Below are positions 39,592 through 50,563 of a stretch of DNA of 64,000 nt, one piece after another. Position 1 is the stretch's first letter; each line of letters opens with the position of its first letter. Location: the NCBI GenBank assembly GCA_945872695.1, contig CAMCAL010000002.1:504-64503 (forward strand). The letters run 5' to 3'. A program made the position numbers and the translations under genes. Source of the stretch: an uncultured Lactobacillus sp. (GTDB lineage: Bacteria; Bacillota; Bacilli; Lactobacillales; Lactobacillaceae). Below the pieces are notes generated by a model that was not told the origin of the DNA, did no database searches, and was given only the letters and a program-made list of their open reading frames with translations.

Positions 39592-40409
39592 TCCTTATCC
39601 AGTCGTTCCTGTAGGCGCTTCATGGCCGTCAACTCATCATTGGCCAGCTTGATGAATGAGCCGGACCAGGTAAGTTGGTGGAAATCATCCTGCCCGTGGT
39701 CTGGGAAGACATTTAAGAGCCGCTGCTTAGTCTGCTCAACGGTGAGTGGCTGGTGCAGGAGGTCGGCCAACGTCGTCATTGCGGTTGGCCAGATGTCAGG
39801 GAAGTGCCACTTATTGTCGACATCCTGGAGTCCCCGGGTGTAGAAATCGCGGATGAGTTCACCGCGCGCCATTTGATCATCACAGACACTCAGGTAGAGC
39901 ATGACAACGACCCCGGCAGCGTTACGGCGTTGTGAGATTCCCCCGATCTTTTGCTTATTGACACTCAGGTCAAAGCTACCGGGGCAGTAGGAGTGGGTGA
40001 TCTCGCCGGTCTCGATGGTCAGTTCCGGAAAGGCTTTGGCGACGACCTCTTCCATCCGCTGGTAGGCCTCGTCAATGGTTAATTGCCGGTCTTCCAGGTG
40101 CCAAGGGAAGAAGAGGGAGAAATTGAGGACCCCACTGTCGCTAACAACGGCTAGTCCACCGGAGTTCCGCATGAAGTAGTGTTGCTGACGGTCATGGAGG
40201 AAGGTGAGAGCGTCCTTAAGGTGAGGAAGTCGCTGGTCCTTGAGCCCAAGAATAACGGAATCCTGGAGCGTCCAGAAGTGGAGTAAGGGGGCCGTGAACT
40301 GTTCGCTTGACCGCAAAAGAGCGTTGGTGTAAGCAAACGAGGTCAGGTTATTGGCCGGTAGTAATGGTTGATCGAAGTATTCAACGTGTTGTTGGGTAAA
40401 ATTTTGCAT
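39588..40409 (-). CDS. Lipoate/octanoyl protein ligase-family protein (LipL-like amidotransferase)
   Basis: 273 aa BPL/LPL catalytic-domain-like sequence. It overlaps the HD gene by 4 nt, as in the Bacillus ywfL-ywfO region. Confidence 0.65.
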   Translation of the reverse strand: MQNFTQQHVEYFDQPLLPANNLTSFAYTNALLRSSEQFTAPLLHFWTLQDSVILGLKDQRLPHLKDALTFLHDRQQHYFMRNSGGLAVVSDSGVLNFSLFFPWHLEDRQLTIDEAYQRMEEVVAKAFPELTIETGEITHSYCPGSFDLSVNKQKIGGISQRRNAAGVVVMLYLSVCDDQMARGELIRDFYTRGLQDVDNKWHFPDIWPTAMTTLADLLHQPLTVEQTKQRLLNVFPDHGQDDFHQLTWSGSFIKLANDELTAMKRLQERLDKE

Positions 40410-40540
40410 AGGCTAACTTCTTTTCTTTAATATTATGTACAGTCTATTATACTAAACATGATGGGTAAATATTAGTATTCAGGGAAGAAGGGATTGTTAT
40501 TAAGAAAAAGGTACCAGTAAAGGTTAGTCTGAAGACAACC

Positions 40541-40921
40541 ATGGAACAGGATGGCCAGCAGGAGACGTTTCAATTTGAAGAGGATGGCGAATTTATCGTC
40601 CTGAATGATAAGTACTACCTGCGCTACCTGGAGCACCAAAATGGGCAGGCCACGCCAGTGCAGTTCCGCCTCGATGATGAGGAAGTTCATATTCACCGGC
40701 AGGGGGCCACGGAAACCTGGCTCGTCTTTGACCAGGAACAACCGACGATCACCCGCTACCGGACGGAATATGGGGTGATGCAGTTGCAGGTCGTTACGAG
40801 TCAGTTGGATAAGAACCTGGATCCAGAAACTCCAGCAGGACAATTGTCTTTGCGCTACCGGCTTCAGGGTGGCGGCCAGGAAATTGGAAGTTACCAAATT
40901 GAATTGCATTTTGTGGCCTAG
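40541..40921 (+). CDS. DUF1934 (YwiB-like) protein
   Basis: The sequence (EQDGQQETFQFEEDGEF...) and the position upstream of rpoE fit DUF1934. The true start may lie upstream (see findings). Confidence 0.72.
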   Translation: MEQDGQQETFQFEEDGEFIVLNDKYYLRYLEHQNGQATPVQFRLDDEEVHIHRQGATETWLVFDQEQPTITRYRTEYGVMQLQVVTSQLDKNLDPETPAGQLSLRYRLQGGGQEIGSYQIELHFVA

Positions 40922-40954
40922 TATTGTAAGATGTAGTTTAGACTTTTTGAAGGG

Positions 40955-41521
40955 ATGTGCACCAATTTGGATTTAAAGGTTTTTGACGGCCAAGACAAAT
41001 CAGAGCTTTCAATGATTGAAGTAGCACACGCTATTTTGGCTGATCACGGCGAGGCAATGGCGTTTGTTGACTTAACCAACGAGGTTCAGCAATACTTGGG
41101 TAAGAGTGATGAGGAAATTCGTGAACGACTCGCCCAATTCTATACTGATTTGAACATTGACGGCAGTTTTATTTCCCTTGGTGACAATACCTGGGGTCTG
41201 CGGGCATGGTACCCATACGAATCCATCGATGAAGCCACGGTTGGTGAAAACGAGGATGACGAGGACCGGCCAAAGAAGAAGCGCCGTAAGGTTAACGCCT
41301 TCTTGGCAGACTCCGATGATGATGACGATGTGATCGACTACGACAACGATGATCCTGAAGACGAGGATCTCGATGACACTGACGATGACAACAACGATGA
41401 CGACGATTACGACGCCGACAACGATGACTACAGTGACGACGATGATGACCTTGACGATGGTATCGAAGGTCAATTGTCCGAACTGGATGACGAAGAAGAC
41501 GATGACGAGGACGATGAATAA
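40955..41521 (+). CDS. rpoE: DNA-directed RNA polymerase delta subunit
   Basis: The N-terminal HARE-HTH-like domain ([26 protein letters not shown]) is followed by a long Asp/Glu tail. The start could be TTG 40967. Confidence 0.9.
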   Translation: MCTNLDLKVFDGQDKSELSMIEVAHAILADHGEAMAFVDLTNEVQQYLGKSDEEIRERLAQFYTDLNIDGSFISLGDNTWGLRAWYPYESIDEATVGENEDDEDRPKKKRRKVNAFLADSDDDDDVIDYDNDDPEDEDLDDTDDDNNDDDDYDADNDDYSDDDDDLDDGIEGQLSELDDEEDDDEDDE

Positions 41522-41538
41522 AATCTAGCGGTGATCGC

Positions 41539-41567
41539 TTGACTATTTATCGCGGACCTTGTATTAT
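41539..41567 (+). promoter_or_regulatory. pyrG promoter
   Basis: TTGACT (41539-41544), 17 nt, then TATTAT (41562-41567). The initially transcribed sequence is ...TTGGGCGCC, with GGGC at 41575-41578. Confidence 0.7.
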
Positions 41568-41613
41568 CTTTCTTGGGCGCCTGTATTACAGGCCAATCGT
41601 TCGTAAATAGTAA

Positions 41614-41650
41614 AGCTCCCTGTTTCAGCTGAAATAGGGAGCTTTTTATT
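41614..41650 (+). terminator. pyrG leader attenuator terminator
   Basis: AGCTCCCT (41614-41621) / AGGGAGCT (41635-41642) is followed by TTTTATTTATT, about 45 nt before the pyrG ATG. Confidence 0.75.
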
Positions 41651-41679
41651 TATTGAGCCCACGCAAATATTTTAATTAA

Positions 41680-43305
<1,626 letters not shown>

Positions 43306-43329
43306 TCGGGCTGTCTTTTACGGACTCAA

Positions 43330-43372
43330 ATCAGGGGCTGTGGTCAATCGCTGACTGACCGCAGCCCCTGAT
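43330..43372 (+). other. 17-bp stem-loop after pyrG without a U-tract
   Basis: ATCAGGGGCTGTGGTCA (43330-43346) pairs with TGACCGCAGCCCCTGAT (43356-43372). The palindrome ATTCCCCGGGGAAT (43374-43387) follows. Confidence 0.6.
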
Positions 43373-43604
43373 CATTCCCCGGGGAATTATAATGATTCTA
43401 AGCGAAAGCGGTTGCGAATGGGCCTAAACTAAAAATCGGTTAGACCGGGCTTTTAATTTCCTTAAGATTATTTAGAAAAGGTTGTAATTTAGTGAACATT
43501 TCATTATCATTACAGATGACTGTTTTATAACTAAAATAATCACTTACTAATTCAAATTAAAAACCTAAAAACCAATTAAGTATTTTAAGCGAGGAAACAT
43601 AGAA

Positions 43605-44885
43605 ATGAAAAGAATGATCATTCAAGGAGGAAACCGACTTTCGGGAGAAGTCACCATCGGCGGTGCTAAGAATAGTACCGTTGCCTTAATCCCAGCAGCA
43701 ATCTTAGCCGACACACCAGTGCAATTTGATACCGTGCCGGATATCTTGGATGTTCACAATTTGATGATTATCTTAAAGTCGATGAACGTTAAGTCTAAGT
43801 TCAGTCACGGGGTCTTAGACATTGACCCAACCCAAATTGTGGAAGCCGAGTTGCCAAGCAAGGCAATTAAGAGTTTACGGGCATCCTACTACTTCATGGG
43901 TGCATTACTGGGTCGCTTTCACCGGGCAACCCTGACTTTCCCTGGTGGTGACAACATCGGACCACGGCCAATTGACCAGCACTTGAAGGCTTTTAAGGCA
44001 ATGGGTGCTGAGGTTAGTGAAGAAGGCGGGACCGTCCACCTTGACGCTACCAAGAATGGGCTTCATGGTGCCCGGGTCTTCCTGGATATGGTATCCGTGG
44101 GGGCCACGATTAATGCCATCTTGGCCGCTGTCCGGGCTGATGGCACGACCATTATTGAAAATGCGGCGCGCGAACCAGAAATCATTGACCTGGCTACCTT
44201 CTTAAACAACATGGGGGCCAAGATTCGTGGTGCCGGAACGGGGACCATTCGGGTTACCGGGGTTAATACCCTGCAATCAATGAACACCCACACGATCATC
44301 GCCGATCGAATCGAAACCGGGACTTACCTATCACTAGCAGCCGCTCTTGGTGATGGTATTATGATCCATAACGTGATTCCAGAGCACCTGGAGTCATTCA
44401 CCAGTAAGATGATCGAAATGGGCGTTGACCTGCAGATCGATAGTGACAAGATCTATGTTCCAAAGGTCGGCCACCTCAAGGGGATCCACGTCAAGACCTT
44501 GCCATTCCCTGGTTTTGCGACCGACCTCCAGCAGCCACTGACACCACTGCTCTCCTTGGCTGATGGGGACAGTACGATTGTGGACACGATCTACCCAAAG
44601 CGGGTTAAGCACGTCCCAGAACTGCAGAAGATGGGCATGAATATTGAAGCCCACGACGGGACAATCATCGTCAAGCACACTGACCACCTGCATGGTGCTA
44701 ACGTTGAGGCCGGTGAAATCCGTGCCGGGGCCGCCCTGACCATTGCTGGTTTGATGGCCGATGGCACGACCGTGATCAACAACGCGGGGAACATCCTGCG
44801 GGGCTACGACCGGATCGTCTGGAAGCTGAACCGGCTGCACGCTAACGTTGCAATTGAGGACGATTCATCCGTAAAAATTGACTAA
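43605..44885 (+). CDS. murA: UDP-N-acetylglucosamine 1-carboxyvinyltransferase (MurA/MurZ paralog type)
   Basis: GGAKNSTVALIPAA and the loop FPGGDNIGPRPID are present. That loop has Asp at the position of the catalytic Cys in the E. coli enzyme, which I could not interpret further by eye. The length is 426 aa. Confidence 0.95.
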   Translation: MKRMIIQGGNRLSGEVTIGGAKNSTVALIPAAILADTPVQFDTVPDILDVHNLMIILKSMNVKSKFSHGVLDIDPTQIVEAELPSKAIKSLRASYYFMGALLGRFHRATLTFPGGDNIGPRPIDQHLKAFKAMGAEVSEEGGTVHLDATKNGLHGARVFLDMVSVGATINAILAAVRADGTTIIENAAREPEIIDLATFLNNMGAKIRGAGTGTIRVTGVNTLQSMNTHTIIADRIETGTYLSLAAALGDGIMIHNVIPEHLESFTSKMIEMGVDLQIDSDKIYVPKVGHLKGIHVKTLPFPGFATDLQQPLTPLLSLADGDSTIVDTIYPKRVKHVPELQKMGMNIEAHDGTIIVKHTDHLHGANVEAGEIRAGAALTIAGLMADGTTVINNAGNILRGYDRIVWKLNRLHANVAIEDDSSVKID

Positions 44886-44978
44886 GCTGTTGCGTAGAAG
44901 TTCAATCCGTGTTATTCTGTTAGGGTTGATTATCTATGTTTCAGGCAATGATTCATGGCAAAAGGAGCGTATTAAATT

Positions 44979-45224
44979 ATGAAACAAGGAATTCATCCAG
45001 ATTACCATCCAGTAGTATTTGAAGACTCATCTACTGGTTACAAGTTCATTTCTGGTTCTACTGCTACTTCTAAGGAAACGATCAAGTGGGAAGACGGCAA
45101 CGAATACCCACTGATCCGGGTTGAAGTTACTTCCGACTCACACCCATTCTACACTGGTAAGCAAAAGTTTACCCAAGCCGATGGTGCGGTCGACAAGTTC
45201 AACAAGAAGTACGGCCTCAAGTAA
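44979..45224 (+). CDS. rpmE2: 50S ribosomal protein L31, type B (no CxxC zinc motif)
   Basis: [23 protein letters not shown], 81 aa. Confidence 0.92.
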   Translation: MKQGIHPDYHPVVFEDSSTGYKFISGSTATSKETIKWEDGNEYPLIRVEVTSDSHPFYTGKQKFTQADGAVDKFNKKYGLK

Positions 45225-45242
45225 TCACCATGGTTGCTTACC

Positions 45243-45276
45243 AAAGCGTCCTGCAATTGCGGGACGCTTTTTTTGT
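45243..45276 (+). terminator. Intrinsic terminator of rpmE2
   Basis: AAAGCGTCCTGC / GCGGGACGCTTT is followed by TTTT. Confidence 0.85.
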
Positions 45277-45339
45277 GTTTAAACGTCTCGTTTTGGCGGT
45301 ATAATCAGTGGGAAGAATTTCTCTAAAATGGGTGGTTAA

Positions 45340-46647
45340 ATGCAGTCGAAAGTCGTTAATCTTCTTGTTCGTTTCAATCGCTGGTCGTTTATCCAGGTCG
45401 TCCGGCAGACCTTGGTAATCCTTTTTCCGGTGACGTTGATTGGTTCGTTAGCCCGGTTGGTGGTCAAGAGCTTTCTGGACGCCAACGGTTTCTTTTATAA
45501 CATCTTAGAAATTGATGTTTGGCTACCATTGGTTTGGCTGCGGACCCTTCAGTTTATCTTCACCAGTGCTACCCAGATCTTTTTTAACCTTTTGGGGGTC
45601 CTGGCCTGTTTCGTCTGCGCCTACAATACAGCCCGCCTCTACCGTAAGGATGCTCAGATGGCGGGCGTTACCGGTGTCTTTGCCCTCCTGTTGGTGGCGT
45701 ACCGCTACGGAAAGAATCCGCAGGTGCCAATCAACTTCCACATGGTCCTGCTCGGTGGGAAGAGCCTGCTTTTGGCCCTGCTGATCGGCTATGGTGTTGG
45801 TCAGCTTTACCGGTGGAAGGGACCCGATCAGCTGGCTGTGAAGACGGTCACCTGGCTAAACGTGCGCCGGCAGGCCTTTGCCTCGCTGTGGCCACTGTTG
45901 ATTGCCACTCTGTTAGCGATGCTGGTGTCGTTAGTAATTAATTCAGGAAGCTTTTACCGGGTCTACTCCCACACCTACACGACCCTAGCTGCTGCTAGTC
46001 AGGAACCAAAAAGCGTGTGGACGGTCCTCCTGTTCTCGCTAGCGTTGGCAACGATGGACTGGCTCGGCCTGGGGGTACCAAGTAGCTATAAGATGCCGCT
46101 GAACACGACCGCCTACATGGCCAACCTCAATTACGCCCTGGCCCATGGTAGTGCCTGGCACGTACCCTATAAGTACCTTGGTAGCACCCTTTACAATTCT
46201 TTTGCCAACTTTGGCGGGGACGGGTTGGTCCTGGCGTTGATCGTAGCGATTCTGCTGTTTCCTGGCAACACGAGTCTGCATCGGGTAGCCCGCTGGTCGG
46301 CATTACCGACGATCTTCAACTTTGATTACAGTTCTTTGGTGGGGCTGCCAGTGATTCTCAACCCGGTCTTTTTACTGCCATTTATGTTTCTGCCGCTGGT
46401 CAACATTGCTATTGCGGCGGGGGTGACGGCTCTGGGCTTGATTCCGGCGACCCCATACCCGGTCCTACTGGGGACACCTGGTCCACTGATTGGCTTTTTG
46501 GCCACCAACGGAAACTGGGGGACCCTGGTCTTTACGATACTGCTCTTATTCTTGGACATTGTGATGTACCTTCCCTTTGTCCGGTTGAATTTCCAGGTTG
46601 AGGCCCGGTTAGCTCCAGCCACGCTAGGTGGTGAACAAGATGAGTAA
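45340..46647 (+). CDS. Polytopic membrane protein, PTS EIIC (lactose/cellobiose family)-like, without adjacent IIA/IIB
   Basis: 435 aa with about 10 TM segments. The N-terminal pattern (IQVVRQTLVILFPVTLIGSLA) resembles PTS EIIC domains. The assignment is tentative. Confidence 0.45.
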   Translation: MQSKVVNLLVRFNRWSFIQVVRQTLVILFPVTLIGSLARLVVKSFLDANGFFYNILEIDVWLPLVWLRTLQFIFTSATQIFFNLLGVLACFVCAYNTARLYRKDAQMAGVTGVFALLLVAYRYGKNPQVPINFHMVLLGGKSLLLALLIGYGVGQLYRWKGPDQLAVKTVTWLNVRRQAFASLWPLLIATLLAMLVSLVINSGSFYRVYSHTYTTLAAASQEPKSVWTVLLFSLALATMDWLGLGVPSSYKMPLNTTAYMANLNYALAHGSAWHVPYKYLGSTLYNSFANFGGDGLVLALIVAILLFPGNTSLHRVARWSALPTIFNFDYSSLVGLPVILNPVFLLPFMFLPLVNIAIAAGVTALGLIPATPYPVLLGTPGPLIGFLATNGNWGTLVFTILLLFLDIVMYLPFVRLNFQVEARLAPATLGGEQDE

Positions 46648-47527
46648 ACTAAGTAAACAAGTAACTCGGCATAGCCGTCGGGTTTTACTGGCCCTAGTGG
46701 CATTGATTGTTCTTCTGGCGATCCCCACCTACTTTTGGATGAAGGATGCCAATGCCAGCCTGGCGGCCCAGCGTAATTCCCGAATGTCACCGGTGATCAT
46801 GATTCCCGGGAGTTCGGCGACGATGAATCGCTTTAACCAACTGGTTGAAATATTGAACAAGCAGACGGATAAGAAACACAGCCTGTTACGTCTCGAGGTC
46901 GAAAACAACGGCAAGATTAAGTCATCTGGCTGGATTAACCGGGGTGACCAGGAACCGATCATCGTGGTCGGTTTTGAAAACAATCGTGATGGTTACCAGA
47001 ATATCAAGAAGCAGGCTAAGATGTTTAACGCCGCGTTTGAATTGCTGAGTGATAAATACAACTTCAATAACTTTAAGGCCTTTGGGCACTCCAATGGGGG
47101 CTTGATCTGGACCCTGTGGTTAGAGAAATACTATCATCAGTACGCTGAGCAAATCACAATCAAACGGTTAATGACCCTGGGAACGCCGTATAACTTTGCC
47201 GAAACCTCGATCGACCAACCGACCCAGATGTTCAGTGACCTGGTTAAGGGCCGGAAGAAAATCCCGAAGAACCTTGATGTCTATTCGGTCGCGGGAACGG
47301 AGAGCTATGATTCTGATGGCCTGGTCCCCGAACAGAGTGTGGAAGCCGGCAAGTATATTTACCAAAAACAGGTTAATCACTACACCACCATGACGGTGAC
47401 CGGGAGCTCGGCCCAGCATTCCAGCTTGCCACAGAATAAACAGATCGTGAACCTGATAAATCACTACCTGTTAGAAAGTACTGAACCGAAACCTGATCCG
47501 ACTAGTCCCGACAATGGTAGTAATTAG
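46640..47527 (+). CDS. Secreted or membrane-anchored alpha/beta hydrolase (DUF915-like cell-surface hydrolase)
   Basis: An N-terminal TM anchor and a GHSNGG nucleophile elbow are present. ATG 46640 follows GGTGGTG and overlaps the upstream gene by 8 nt. Confidence 0.6.
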   Translation: MSKLSKQVTRHSRRVLLALVALIVLLAIPTYFWMKDANASLAAQRNSRMSPVIMIPGSSATMNRFNQLVEILNKQTDKKHSLLRLEVENNGKIKSSGWINRGDQEPIIVVGFENNRDGYQNIKKQAKMFNAAFELLSDKYNFNNFKAFGHSNGGLIWTLWLEKYYHQYAEQITIKRLMTLGTPYNFAETSIDQPTQMFSDLVKGRKKIPKNLDVYSVAGTESYDSDGLVPEQSVEAGKYIYQKQVNHYTTMTVTGSSAQHSSLPQNKQIVNLINHYLLESTEPKPDPTSPDNGSN

Positions 47528-47578
47528 CCAGAGAGTGTATACTAGAGGACAGCAATTACGTGAGGGGGATAAAAAGTC

Positions 47579-48286
47579 GTGAAAAGAAAGCAACATTCAC
47601 GAGAATGGCTCCGCTGGGTAGCGGTCGTTGTTTTGCTGGTAATATCAGTATGCCTGATTTTTAACCAGCAGATTAAGGAACACCTGGTGGGGAGCTACCG
47701 ACCGACGATTACTAAGCAGTCAATCAAACGTGATCAGCAAAAGAAGGCTACTTATAACTTCAGTGACGTCAAGGACCTGAACTTCCAGACGGTAGCTAAG
47801 GCCCGTGCTAAGAAGCAGCCGATCAATATTATCGGGGAAATCACTGTTCCCGATATCAACATGACGATTCCAATTGCCAATGGGGTTGATAATACGACCC
47901 TGGCCCTCGCAGCCGGAACCCTGCGGCCAGATATGCAGATGGGGCAGGGGAACTATGCGTTAGCTGGTCATAACATGGCTAACGGTAGTAAGATCCTGTT
48001 CTCGCCACTCTATTACCACGCTAAGGTTGGTCAAATGGTTTACATCACCGACCTGAACCGTGTCTATGAGTACCGGATCTACCAGCGAAAGTTCATCGAT
48101 GCCACGGATGTCCAGGTGGTCAACAATACGACCCAAAAGATCATTACCCTGATTACTTGTGACGCTACCGGGGCCCGGCGGCTGATGATTCGGGGACACT
48201 TTGTTAAATCAGAACCGTTTAATCAGGCGCCACAAAAGGTTCAGAAGAACTTCAGTACCAAGTACACGACTGGTCGGGCGTCATAA
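47579..48286 (+). CDS. srtA: Class A sortase
   Basis: An N-terminal TM anchor, LAGHN and the TLITCD catalytic Cys motif followed by Arg (RLMIRG) are present. The start is GTG after GAGGGGG. Confidence 0.87.
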   Translation: MKRKQHSREWLRWVAVVVLLVISVCLIFNQQIKEHLVGSYRPTITKQSIKRDQQKKATYNFSDVKDLNFQTVAKARAKKQPINIIGEITVPDINMTIPIANGVDNTTLALAAGTLRPDMQMGQGNYALAGHNMANGSKILFSPLYYHAKVGQMVYITDLNRVYEYRIYQRKFIDATDVQVVNNTTQKIITLITCDATGARRLMIRGHFVKSEPFNQAPQKVQKNFSTKYTTGRAS

Positions 48287-48341
48287 TACAAAAGCCATCA
48301 CCAATCTCCATTAATGAAGTGATTGATGATGGCTTTTATTA

Positions 48342-48806
48342 TTACTTAAGCTGCTTCTTCATGATCTCAAGCCAGTATGGCAGGGCCGTGGCCAGACTCT
48401 GGTAGGTATCCTCAAAACGGTGGGTGTACCAGGGGTCATCGATGGGTGTGTGTTCCTTGCCAGGCACTGGTTCGTTAGCCATGTGGATTTTATTAACATC
48501 GTCCACTGGGGCCATCCGGCGAAGGTTATCGAGGTTCATGTCATCCATGCAGATGATGTAGTCCGCCTGGTCGAAGTCACGCCTGGTGATTGGCCGGGAG
48601 ACTAGTCCCGCAGTCGGTAAATTATGCTGGTGCATGGTCTTCAAAGCGCCGGGGTGCGGACCGTTCCCCTCTTCGTAGTCACTAGTTCCGGCCGAGTCGA
48701 CGTGGATCTGATCGGCGAGCCCGGCTTTTTCAACCATCTGCCTAAACATTGCCTCGGCCATCGGTGACCGGCAGATGTTGCCGAGACAGACAAATAAAAC
48801 GTTCAT
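48342..48806 (-). CDS. Low-molecular-weight protein tyrosine phosphatase
   Basis: The P-loop is MNVLFVCLGNICRSP (CX5R-S) and a DP motif is present. ATG 48806 follows GAGGTG. Confidence 0.9.
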   Translation of the reverse strand: MNVLFVCLGNICRSPMAEAMFRQMVEKAGLADQIHVDSAGTSDYEEGNGPHPGALKTMHQHNLPTAGLVSRPITRRDFDQADYIICMDDMNLDNLRRMAPVDDVNKIHMANEPVPGKEHTPIDDPWYTHRFEDTYQSLATALPYWLEIMKKQLK

Positions 48807-48941
48807 AAATTGACACCTCACTTTATCTTTCATAACTATCATACCGGAATTCGTAAGGATTTGCTAAGGAGGTGGCATGTTAATTCCCTTTGAATTGGGG
48901 ATTTGGTAAAATAGTAGCAAATTGTCGAAGGAGAGAGAAAA

Positions 48942-49502
48942 ATGACATTAATTATCGTGATTGTGGTTATCGCGATTATTGTCGGGATCTATATTGCACT
49001 CTACAACAGTCTGGTCCAACTCCGGGTTCATGCCCAAGAGTCATGGAGCCAGATCGATGTTCAGCTGCAACGGCGAAACGACCTGATTCCCAACCTGGTA
49101 TCCACCGTCAAGGGTTACAGCAAGTACGAGGCTTCTACCCTAGAAAAGGTGACCCAGTTGCGGACAGAGCTGGCTGGTGTTCCCGATGATGACCGGGCCA
49201 AGAAGATGGAGGTCTCTAATGAATTGTCCGGGACACTGAAGAGCCTCTTTGCGGTTTCCGAAAACTACCCAGACTTGAAGGCAAGCACCGAGTACCAACA
49301 ACTGATGGAGGAGTTAAGCAACACGGAAAACAAGATTGCCTACTCCCGTCAGCTGTACAACTCCACCGTAGCAGCACTGGATGCCAAGATTCAGAGCTTC
49401 CCAAGCAATATTATTGCTAAGATCCACCACTTCACAGCGATGGAATACCTGCAGGTGCCAGCTGAGGCCCAGAATGTTCCCCACGTTTCGTTTGACGATT
49501 AG
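48942..49502 (+). CDS. lemA: LemA-family protein
   Basis: An N-terminal TM segment is present, and YNSLVQLRVHAQESWSQIDVQLQRRNDLIPNLV is typical of LemA. Confidence 0.9.
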   Translation: MTLIIVIVVIAIIVGIYIALYNSLVQLRVHAQESWSQIDVQLQRRNDLIPNLVSTVKGYSKYEASTLEKVTQLRTELAGVPDDDRAKKMEVSNELSGTLKSLFAVSENYPDLKASTEYQQLMEELSNTENKIAYSRQLYNSTVAALDAKIQSFPSNIIAKIHHFTAMEYLQVPAEAQNVPHVSFDD

Positions 49503-49515
49503 GGTGTGATCGCGG

Positions 49516-50412
49516 ATGCTATACCAACAGATTGCTCGTAATAAGCGTAAAACGATTCTGGTGATGTTTGGCTTCTTCCTGCTAGTAGCACTGATCGGGG
49601 CGGCAATCGGCTACCTCTTCGCCCGCTCCGCAGTCTCAGGGATCATCATTGCTGGGATAATTGCTGTCATCTACATGGCGGTCATGATTGGCCAGTCGAC
49701 GGATGTGGTGATGAACATGAACAATGCCCGTGAGATCCATTCGGCCAGTGAGGCCCCGGAACTCTGGCACGTGGTCGAGGACATGGCGATGGTGGCGCAG
49801 GTTCCAATGCCCCGGGTCTTCATTATCGATGACCCTAGTCCTAACGCCTTTGCGACCGGGAATGATCCCCAACACGCCGCGGTGGCTGCCACCACGGGCC
49901 TTCTCCAGATCATGAATCGAGAGGAGCTTGAGGGCGTGATGGGCCACGAGATGAGTCACGTGCGCAACTACGACATCCGCTTGCAGACGATCGCCTTGGC
50001 CCTATCGGCGGCCATCTCCGTCCTGGTAAACTTTGCCGGGAACTTCTGGTGGTTTGGTGGCCGGAGTAGTGATAGTGACGATGATGATACCAGTGGTGTT
50101 TTGGCCATTTTCGGTTCCATCCTGTTGATCATCCTGGCACCATTGGCGGCGACGATCGCCCAGATGGCTCTATCGCGGAACCGGGAGTACCTGGCGGATG
50201 CCGGATCGGTGGAACTGACCCGGAACCCCCATGGATTAATCTCAGCTTTAGAGAAGCTCAAGGGTGCCCAGCCGATGAGGGCGGCGGATCCGAATAGTTC
50301 AGCCCTGTATATCAGTGATCCAGAGCGCAATGCCAAGCACCGGCGTTTTGCCCACCTGTTTGATACGCACCCGCCGCTGGATGACCGAATCAAGCGACTT
50401 GAAGAAATGTAA
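49516..50412 (+). CDS. htpX: Zinc metalloprotease HtpX
   Basis: HEMSH is present with M48-type membrane topology. The gene is paired with lemA. Confidence 0.9.
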   Translation: MLYQQIARNKRKTILVMFGFFLLVALIGAAIGYLFARSAVSGIIIAGIIAVIYMAVMIGQSTDVVMNMNNAREIHSASEAPELWHVVEDMAMVAQVPMPRVFIIDDPSPNAFATGNDPQHAAVAATTGLLQIMNREELEGVMGHEMSHVRNYDIRLQTIALALSAAISVLVNFAGNFWWFGGRSSDSDDDDTSGVLAIFGSILLIILAPLAATIAQMALSRNREYLADAGSVELTRNPHGLISALEKLKGAQPMRAADPNSSALYISDPERNAKHRRFAHLFDTHPPLDDRIKRLEEM

Positions 50413-50416
50413 TGAA

Positions 50417-50455
50417 AACGGACGCGACCGATTAAAAAGCGATCGCGCCCGTTTT
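50417..50455 (+). terminator. Intrinsic terminator of htpX
   Basis: AACGGACGCGACCG / CGATCGCGCCCGTT (2 mismatches) is followed by TTT. Confidence 0.65.
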
Positions 50456-50563
50456 AGTGTGTTTCAATTCGATAACACATCCGCCTTTTAATCGCCTTTG
50501 CCAGGTGAGGGTGCTATAATTAATTAGCTAGACGAAAGTATCAAAAGAAGAGGTAGCTTTTCC

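Noticed and set aside
41290-41518. An apparent GAT/GAC/GAA tandem-repeat tract
   Set aside because: It is the coding sequence of the acidic Asp/Glu C-terminal tail of RNA polymerase delta subunit, not a non-coding repeat or CRISPR-like array.
44886-44978. A Zur box upstream of the type-B L31 gene
   Set aside because: I found no AAATCGTAAT-N-ATTACGATTT-like palindrome in the 93-nt upstream region.
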